NCBI GenBank assembly: GCA_030704615.1
Contig: JAKLZA010000341.1
Location: 1 to 27,372, forward strand
DNA length: 27,372 nt
Source of the DNA: Takakia lepidozioides
Lineage: Eukaryota > Plantae > Bryophyta
Direction of reading: 5' to 3'
This document shows positions 19,101 through 27,372 of this stretch, piece after piece. The notes below the pieces were generated by a model. That model did no database searches. It saw only the letters and a program-made list of their open reading frames with translations, and was not told the origin of the DNA. The number at the start of each line of letters is the position of its first letter. The stretch's first letter is position 1. Both the position numbers and the translations under genes were made by a program.

Positions 19101-21189
19101 TGATGCAGTTTCTCCAATTGCATGGTCGGCTGCATGGCCCGAGAATAGTGTTTTGCAATCTCGGGGATGAAGTCCTTTCCAAGTGCCGGATCTGCAATTG
19201 CCACCAGCTTCACAAGCTTTGACTTGTATTTGGTTCTGGACTTGACACCGGCTTCCTTCAAGTGCTCAGTCAATGACTGCAACGTTTTGACCTGCCCCTC
19301 ACTTTCCATGAAGAAGCGTTTGGCATGGGCCAAATCCAGCTTGATGTTTGACTGCCAACAAAAACATGCAGAAGCGTTACATTCGATTCATGTGGAAAGA
19401 TTACTGAAAATTGGGGAAGGATGAGCAGAGGGAAATTGGAGGACGACTTACTTCGTATATCACCTCCACCATTCCATCCATAGTGAGACGATACCATGTC
19501 CGGTCTGTTTTTGCAACGGCTTTCTGAATGAGCTCGGGCTCCAGCATTTCCGCAAACATCTGCGGATCAGTGAGACCAGTTTTCCTCACCCTGTACAGCA
19601 TATGTGCCATGTGGGTATGCACGTACGCATTCTCAGTGACCCTGCAAGGCACACTCTCCAGTTCAGTACACGGAAGCACGGAAAAAACCAGAATGGAAAC
19701 CGAAATGCGGCACCGCATTTCGAACGTGCTAGGGAGGGTATGAGTATCTTACGAGTTGAGGTCCGCCATGGCATTCTTGAGCAGGGAGGAGTCTGCCGCC
19801 TTCACCTTGAGGATGACACACTCCACCATGTAATGCCAGCCAATGTGCTTGGCATGGTTCTGCTTGATGTACTCCCACCAGGCAGAAGTCGGTGATTCCC
19901 GTCCCACACAAAGAACATTTTACCCGACATATGGCCGAAGTCTGGATCACCCTTCAGCGTCGCCTCGAATTCGTCGTTGCGAGTGTGCCAGTGGGTATCC
20001 CACGTTGACAATTCATCGGCAGTGGGTCCACGAGTTTCGCCGTCCTCATTCTCAATGGAAACGTAAAACGCTGCCGATCCCAGACGGTACCCTTCTCGAA
20101 ATGCGAACTTGAGCTTATCCACATCTCGGGAAGGGCCTGCCTGACGATGGAAGGGAGACCATGCGACAGAGTGGGATTCGAAGAGTCCGCTGGAATACCT
20201 GCTGCCCAGAACTCTGCCAATGCTACTGTGTGTCTCTCCAACATTTTATCCGCTGCACTTTTGAAATCCTCCGGAGACATGTCTGTAGGTGCCGGTAGTG
20301 GCTGAGCAGCTGGAGCATCCTCAACTGGAGCTGCACTCTGGGGCCTGTTTGCGGGCAATTCTGCCATTGCAGAGGCCTCCTCCGGGCCTGCTTGCTCATC
20401 GGTGGTGAGGTCTTGCTGCGAACGTTGAGCGGCAGCACCCTCCTCCGGTACCAAATCGACAAAAACGGTCGATCCCATTGCCTTCGCTGCAGCAGAGACG
20501 GCCCCAACATCTGCAGGCAAGGGGGAAATCCTCCAGGAACTGAGCTTCAGCTCGTGGAAGCGGTTTTTGCGGGAGATTGTTCGGCCGTCGCCCTGATTGC
20601 CTTCTGCTTCCTCATCCTTGCAGTGAAGGTGTCTGCTGCAATTGAATCTGTCTTTACCCTGCTGCTTCATTCGCGTTGGTGGGGGTGGTGAAACGGCCTG
20701 AGCAGGTTCAGAACCAGTAGAGGGACGGGCTGCTTCTTCTTCGACTTTGCTGGAGAAGGGCCCGACCCCTGCTGGCGATTCTCCATGACCGAAGAACGCG
20801 AGTCGATCTCTGGGGCTTTGAACTTGCCCTTCGAAGCCGCGTCTTTGAAACGCACAGGGCTAGGCCCGGCAGGAATACCCGCGCTCGGGGATCGGGTGGG
20901 TGTACGTGCTGCAGCTAGCTCCTCGGACTCTTCCTGCGGCTCTTCGGATTCCTGCGATCCCTCCAGCACGTCCACCTTTCCTGTTAGGCATGCAAACATG
21001 TTCTGCATTCAAGTCTCCTAGCATTCAGTCTAAGAATTACAGAAGCAAAATGGGGGGTTCGGTGCTCGATCAGCTGCGCGCAGCCCGATCGCATGGAGCT
21101 CTCACTGGTGGCTGGGTTGCCTGAGTGGCCTGCTGCTCGGAGATGGCAATCTCCTCCTGTAGACGCATCTGCTTCCTCCCCTTTGGCAT
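16101..21189 (-). CDS. Multi-exon gene: low-complexity N-terminus, ParB/Srx-like domain, central region, beta-class N4C/N6A DNA methyltransferase-like domain, acidic tail (several frameshifts)
   Basis: ParB-like RQAL..DVDKLKFAFREGY...MFFVWDGNHRL (DGNHR at 19889-19903). MTase motif IV-like CDMIILDIPD (17548-17559) precedes motif X/I; removing the GT-AG intron 16836-16939 gives RSPAFIQTIMETCTDVEGTVLDLICGTGASMWAGRFSDRHLFAYEED. Other GT-AG introns lie at 17206-17301, 18421-18525 and 19642-19752. Gene ends are approximate. Confidence 0.75.
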
Positions 21190-21618
21190 TGGCCTACGTC
21201 CGAAGTATAATTTTGGAGCTTGCGACGAGGTCTCCTGTCTGGTGCACGAACTCCCCCCCTCTCAGGTTCGAGCATAAGAAGAACAGAGACAGGGAAAGGG
21301 GCAAAGAGTGCAGTGCAGGAAAGGGCGCGAGAGGGGTGACTGAGGAGACACGACAAAAGTAGATGAAACGGCGGTGATGCACACTTGGGTTCGAAAGGGT
21401 TGGACGAAAGTGTCTCCTCGTGGCTTTGCGTCATTACGAAATTCGAATCGTTCAGGGTACGCCTGCCGTCCGAAAAACAAACATCATTATCCAACGGTCA
21501 GGCCGCCGCCCCTCATGCCACTTCAGTCAGATAGAGTGCAGACATGTGCCGCAATTCCGTTGCTCCACGTGTTCACATTTCAAGGCATTTTCCGTCCAGC
21601 GTCTGATGAGTTGGAGTG

Positions 21619-22903
21619 AAATGCGAATGCGGCGCCGCATTTCCGTTAAGTACCATCACGAAGCTACACATCCGTACTTGTTGGAAGAAAATGCGGCACC
21701 GCATTTCCGTTCCACCTTCACATACCTTAGTTGTTGAACGGAAATACGGTGCCGCATTTCCGTCCCACAGCTCCATGTATGAGATACAAAGGGAAATGCG
21801 GCGCCGCATTTCCGTTTAGAATGTCGGAAGGTGCGATCGGAAGGAAATGCGGGGCCGCATTTCTGTTCCGGTGTTCACGATTTTCAGTCAGAACGGAAAT
21901 GCGGTATACCGCATTTCCGTTCTGTAGAGTATAAGGTTTGACCCTGGCGGAAATGCGGTGCCGCATTTTCGTTCCACAGCTCCATGCCTCACATACGAAA
22001 ACGGAAATGCGGCGCCGCATTTCCGTTTTGGAATGTCGGAAGGTGCGACTCCGACGGAATGCGAATGCGGTACCGCATTTCAGTTCCGATGTTGCACGAT
22101 TTTTCATCAGAACGGAAATGCGGGCTTTGCCGCATTTGCGTTCTGGAATGTTGGGAGGTGCGACTCGGATGGAAATGCGCGCCGCATTTCAGTTCCGATG
22201 GTTCACGAGTTTCAGTCAGAACGGAAATGCGGTACCGCATTTCCGTTCTGGGAGTATGAATGTCTTCAAGCGGTCGGACGAATGGCACCGGCTCCATGCT
22301 CAGTTACAAAATGGAAATGCGGCGCCGCATTTCCGTTCTGGAATGTCGAAAGGTGCGACTCGGACGGAAATGCGGTGCGCATTTTGTTCCCGTTTCATAA
22401 TTCTCAATCAGAACGGAAATGCGGGGTACGCATTTCCGTTAAACCTTCACATTAACCGTGCTTGTTGGATGGAAAATGCGTTTACCGCATTTCCGTTATG
22501 CGAGAGAGTATGAAGGTCTTGTGAGGGACGGAAATGGGGCAACATTTCTATCCATCAGCTCCATGAGCGATATCAAAGGAAAGTTGCGCCGGATTTTGTT
22601 CTGGTTAGTCGGAAGGTGCGACTGGACGGAAATGCGGTGCCGCATTTTGTTCCCGTTGTTATAATTCTCACAGAACGGAAATGCGGTGCGGTTGTGGTTC
22701 GGGTTACTGAACGGACGGAAATGCGGTACCGCATTTCCGTACCACCTTCACCACCGTGCTTGCTGGATGGAATTGCGTTACAGCATAACCGCATTTCCGT
22801 TCTGGAGAGTATAAAGGTTTCCCCCGGACGGAACTCGGTGCCGCATTTCCGTCGCTCTGGTGCATGACCCAGATGCAATACGGAAATGCGGCGCCGTATT
22901 TCC
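21619..22903. repeat. Array 2 of the same palindrome (~24 copies, ~52-54-bp period, five recurring spacer types)
   Basis: Copies at ~21688, 21740, 21792, 21843, 21895, 21949, 22003, ... 22830 and 22882; spacers such as GAATGTCGGAAGGTGCGACTCGGAC and GTTCACGATTTTCAGTCAGAAC recur about 5 times. Confidence 0.95.
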
Positions 22904-23331
22904 GTCCACCAGCAATCGAAAGAATCACTCGGACGGGAAATCTGGAACCTCATTGCATGAGAACCTGAATGGGTGCATTGTTCCGAAACAACACAATTGC
23001 GGCCAGTCTTGATGAGCACAACTTGGTTGTCTGACCGTTTTAACTAACAGTACCTGCACTTGTCAGTGCGAACGTTCCTGTCGCACCGAGAATACTGCTG
23101 GATCCACCCTCAGGAGAAACTGTCAGGAGATGTTATTTCGTCGCCGAATCGGCCATCATTGTCATACTTATGGTATGGAATCAAACCTCCCACCTTCATG
23201 CATGTAGCTTGAAACAATACTTTCCACTTCAAGTGCGACTTCCAATCGTCGATGGACTCCGCACGGTGCTGTGAGCCTTGGTCTGTGAGCTATACTGAAA
23301 CCTCGCACTTGCCAACTTCGTGCGGTGTTCG

Positions 23332-26300
23332 ATGGCTCCGAATTCCTACGCTATAGTTTGATGTCCTCCGCAACTGGGGAGAGCCTGGATCCCAAACGAG
23401 GGAGGACTTTGCAGAGTGACTGAAACTTACCTTTGTTCCAAATTCAAGCTCAAACCGGGCACAGTTTATTTGGAAGAAGAAAGGAAGGATGTTCCTGGAC
23501 AGGTTGACGAGACCATTGTCGTGCTAGGTAACGATGGAGGTTGCGGAATCGAATGGCACGTACCCCCATCAGACACCATCCTGTACCGAGCTGTGGAATG
23601 CCCATTCCCTTCCGAATCAGTCGCTGCCCACACCATCCAAAAAGGAGTCCGGAAACCGACAGGCGCCACTGCCAACAGAGAGGTATGCAACGATAATCAT
23701 TCCCGACCTGGACCGTCAAGACCCTCCATAGCTTCTCGTGTGGACGTATTCGACATTTCCGACGAGGAAGATGATTGCATTGAGGTACCCATGTCCTCCA
23801 CACGGTCGTTCAAATCCGGCATGGACGTCTCTGTAGGTGCTACGCATGTTGCCTCGAGCATAACTCCAACCCGGTCCATTTGTGCAGCTCCTACGGACAA
23901 CATCACCTCGATGGTTCTCGCTCCGAGCTGGCTACTCTCGACTATGCCAAATTCCCATGTAAGAAAGGTAACGTTTCTGCCTCCCGAAGTCGAGGCAATG
24001 TCATCTTCGAGTTTCCACTGTTTCTTCGTCAAACAAAGCCTCCGGGATGTTAACAGACATGGATCGAAAGCATGACGAACACCCCTGGTGTGTGACGAGA
24101 CCAGTAGCACGAAAATTGATGATGGGGTTGTGTACGATATTGTCCTTCTGTGCGGGGAAGCTGAGGTGCCTCAATCCCACCTGCTTCCACTTTCTCTCCA
24201 AAGGAGGGCGGAGAAACGAGACGGATTGGACTGGCACAACGCATCATCCATTCATTGTCTCCAGCCAAGCTCCTGCGGGTTCTTTCAAGTGTGCACATTG
24301 CAAAGAACCACCGACGTGCATGTCCATGTGCAGAGCCAAGCAATATTACGTAATCCATTTGCTCCCGGACTTTGACTAGAGCTTGCATACACGTGGGGGT
24401 CCACTGCCACCCCTTGGCGAGAGGGCAACATGCGTGAGGCTGTGCAGGAAGCACACGACATCATAAAAGAGGAGGTGAAATTGAGCCCGGAGCCAGACCA
24501 AAGTTGATTCAGCTGAAGGCAGCCCACAAGATTGCTCTTGACAAAAATCATGTCTGAAGATGGTTCCGACCGAGAGCCCTTGACCGAAGACGAGATGCGT
24601 GACCTCTTGGAGTCCGTCTCGCACGTTTGTAGTCCGAATGTGCGGAATCACTCGTATCTTGCAAGCAGAGTTCGGCAGGGGTCGGACATGTACTCAATCC
24701 TGGAAGGTGAAAACGAATGACTGGATATGAACATCCAAGGTAGCAGGTTTCCAGGGCAAGGTAGCGAATCCGATCGTTGTTACATTTTCAAAATGTCGAC
24801 GTGTGGGCCTGGGAGTGGAGTCGACTTGGTCACTCGCATGACAACTGGAAACTTGTCGAATGCTTGGGTGATGTTTGATCACACATCAAGCGAATTACAA
24901 ACCATCAGTGGGTGACTATGGGTGCGCATGTTTATGACTATCACTCCAAGAGGCTCATGACGATTGCAATCTGCGAGATGAAAGGGGAGGACACACAGTC
25001 CGAGATGCATCTGTGGAGGGCATAAACGAGCAGATGGCAAGGGCGGGATTGCCAGAGCCCAATTTCAGGGGATTCATGGCAGACAACGCTCAGGCCAACT
25101 GGGCAGCGGTGCGGCGTGTGTACGGTTGAGGACCCCAATGTGCCAATGGAGGGGAAAGAGAGATTCCTGTGGATTCCATTGGATGCAGAGTCTATCCCAC
25201 TACACTACCAAATTTGTTGCTAGCTCATTCCAGGCTGAACACCGTGTCCTTTGTACGGCGTGGAAGGATGCACCCACATTTGATGACGCGGAGGGTAAGT
25301 TGCTATCATCGAGGCTTGTGGAACACGTCAGGTGCAGTGGAGACAACCAATCTGGGAGCATTGCACAGCTGGTTGGGGGGTGGTGGCATTTTCGGTATCG
25401 ACAGTTCGGGAAGTACATGCGGGAGGTAGGCTGCTGTCAGTTTCGTTCATTTGTCTTCTGTTACGGACATTTCGATTGGTCCCTTACCATTGTTTGTGTC
25501 CTTCTAGGAGCGGTGCTTGATTCGACAAAGACATGCCGACCACGAATATGGCAGAATCGGTCCACTCCTCCTGGCGAGCGTTTCTGCCACACATCTGGTG
25601 GACGTAGTGACGGCCACATAGAGGACATCGACAGAGCAATCATGCAGCAAGCCACGTACACAAGTTCCTCCAGTGGAAAAAACAATGGGGCTTGGGCCGG
25701 ACAGGGAGGAATTGTTGGTACGACAGTCGAGGGTCCAAGAATCCACTGAAATGGGCGACAGCATTTGCGAGAGAAGATCAAAGGGACGCCTCTGCACCGC
25801 AGAGTTGAACACCTAGAGGGGGACGTCCGACTCGCCCTGTGAGGGAGGGATCCTCTAAGAGGAACCCGGGTGCGAAGAGGATTCTGGAGATCGACAGGAA
25901 CATTCGGACAGCACCTCGAGGCCCGTCATGTTGCCGCACATGTGTCTTCCAACAGTGGAAGCCCAAGAAATTCCAGATCGCCGTCGCCTTCAACGGGGAT
26001 TTCGTGCGAGAAAATTCCCACGCTCCCTTGCCCCAGATTCCGCCCGCTGTATGCAGTATGGCCAAGCCATTGTGAGACGACTGTGTCTGCATCACAGTGG
26101 AGAATTGCTCGCACAAAGCCGTCGTTTCGAGGAAGGTGTTCCGCAATTCGTGTGGATACACGCAACGTGTTTAGAGATGATAGGAGGAATCCAGATGGGG
26201 TGGTCCCTGCTCCTACTTTTACAGGAAGATTTGGCCATGCAAAATTGCGGAGGCGACAACCCCCCTGTTTCTGTTCTGCAGGACGAATTATACTTGCGTG

Positions 26301-26931
26301 TATGAAAAGGAAAGCCCAAGTACGGCATAAAACAATGCCAGAGGCCTCCCCCGGTGTGGGCCGGTGGAACCAGGGCTGCGATATGAGTCAGGTTGAGGCC
26401 GACGCCCTTACGCCGCGGATTTTGGATGGTGCAGCGCACTGACCGTCCCCAGACAACCATGTCCGCTTCCACAGCCTCCACCACCGACCCCTGTGAGGCA
26501 ACGAACAATGGGACACGACAGCCTCTAAGCATCCTACACACCGGGGGGGAAAACGAAGAGGCGGCGACCTCCCTCAAAAGTGAACGAGACAAGGATGGGG
26601 AATGCACTTCGGATGAAATGTACAATCCAGAGCTCGACAGAAGTGCCCCCACCAGGATCGGGCGTGTGTGACAGATGGCCACGGCAGGCTCAGCTGTTTG
26701 CAACGCAGCAGGTGTACACCATCACCATTTCAGAGTACCCACCTGCAATTGCATCGACTCCAGATCATGGCGAACAAGGGGGCATCATTAATGCCCTTGC
26801 AAGCATTTGTACTACGTGTACCTAAAAGAGACTCCGTTGTAAATTCCACAACTCATCACTTCATAAATGCACCAGGGTTGAGCCCCCAGGAGGTTCCCCA
26901 CTCTTCTGACTATGGATCTAGGGGACCAGTG
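23332..26931 (+). CDS. Mutator-superfamily (MULE-like) DDE transposase with a GCM/WRKY-like zinc domain and a C-terminal SWIM finger; multiple frameshifts, one intron at 25426-25507
   Basis: CAGKLRCLNPTC...CAHC...C...IHVGVHCHP (~24150-24413); WVMFDH (D 24877); FMADNAQA (D 25082); CGFH CxxH (25168-25179); PTTNMAESVHSSW (E 25554); YTITISEYP-TCNCID...CKHLYYV SWIM (26714-26818). Ends are approximate. Confidence 0.85.
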
Positions 26932-27372
26932 AGCTTGGCTTGCGGTCCCAATACAATGGTACACGCCCCTCCTTTTCGGATAGTAGAACTGTCTTACTGC
27001 CAGTACCTCAGACTCTGCCACAGAAAGGTCCGACATATGTCTGCCTAACTAGTAACCTTGGTTTACTCGAACCTAAGATATACTATATCGTTCACTTGTC
27101 CACGTGCATGTATTTTTGTAGGTGGCGGGGTCATGTTTTCTGCTTTCCGAAAATGCTTCCTCTCATTCGACCTCCGACAAGGAAAATGCGGAGCCGCCCC
27201 AAAAATTTCAAAGTATGCGTAGTAGGTACTGGTTAGAGGAGCATTCGCCAACACCAAACCGCTCGAAATTTGAGCGTGCCACCACTAATGCGGCCACCTT
27301 ATTCCCAGTCAGTGGAAAACCTTTCACGCGAATAACCGAGAAGACACGAATGTTGAAGTACGGCAGACTCAT

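Noticed and set aside
21619-22903. CRISPR array (palindromic repeat with ~30-bp spacers)
   Set aside because: Spacers recur in families, repeats are degenerate, there are no cas genes, and the context is eukaryotic and intron-containing.
15840-27372. Terminal inverted repeats and TSD for the Mutator-like element
   Set aside because: Only palindrome-derived matches were seen; no extended TIR pair or TSD could be identified, so no element boundaries are claimed.

Overview
Eukaryotic, intron-containing, transposon-derived DNA, probably from a seed-free land plant (inference from the element families). (1) A complete, young Ty3/gypsy non-chromovirus (Athila-like) LTR retrotransposon spans 819-14063: ~99% identical 947/944-bp LTRs, GCAGT target-site duplication, tRNA-Arg-like PBS, PPT, gag-PR-RT-RH-IN, an extra 5' ORF and ~3.8 kb of extra 3' coding sequence. 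It is inserted between two head-to-head paralogues of an unknown 'RWNCCQW' protein family. (2) The right half holds a multi-exon minus-strand gene (~16101-21189) fusing a ParB/Srx-like domain (VWDGNHR) to a prokaryote-type beta-class N4C/N6A DNA methyltransferase fold. This gene lies divergent from a Mutator-like DDE transposase with GCM-like and SWIM zinc domains (~23332-26931). A 22-bp palindrome, GGAAATGCGG-YR-CCGCATTTCC, forms phased arrays on both sides of the ParB-MTase gene and also sits singly in three of its predicted introns. The most interesting hypothesis is a transposon-borne 'ParB/parS-like plus methyltransferase' self-recognition or self-marking system. Many single-base frameshifts across all long genes look like long-read indel errors rather than decay.
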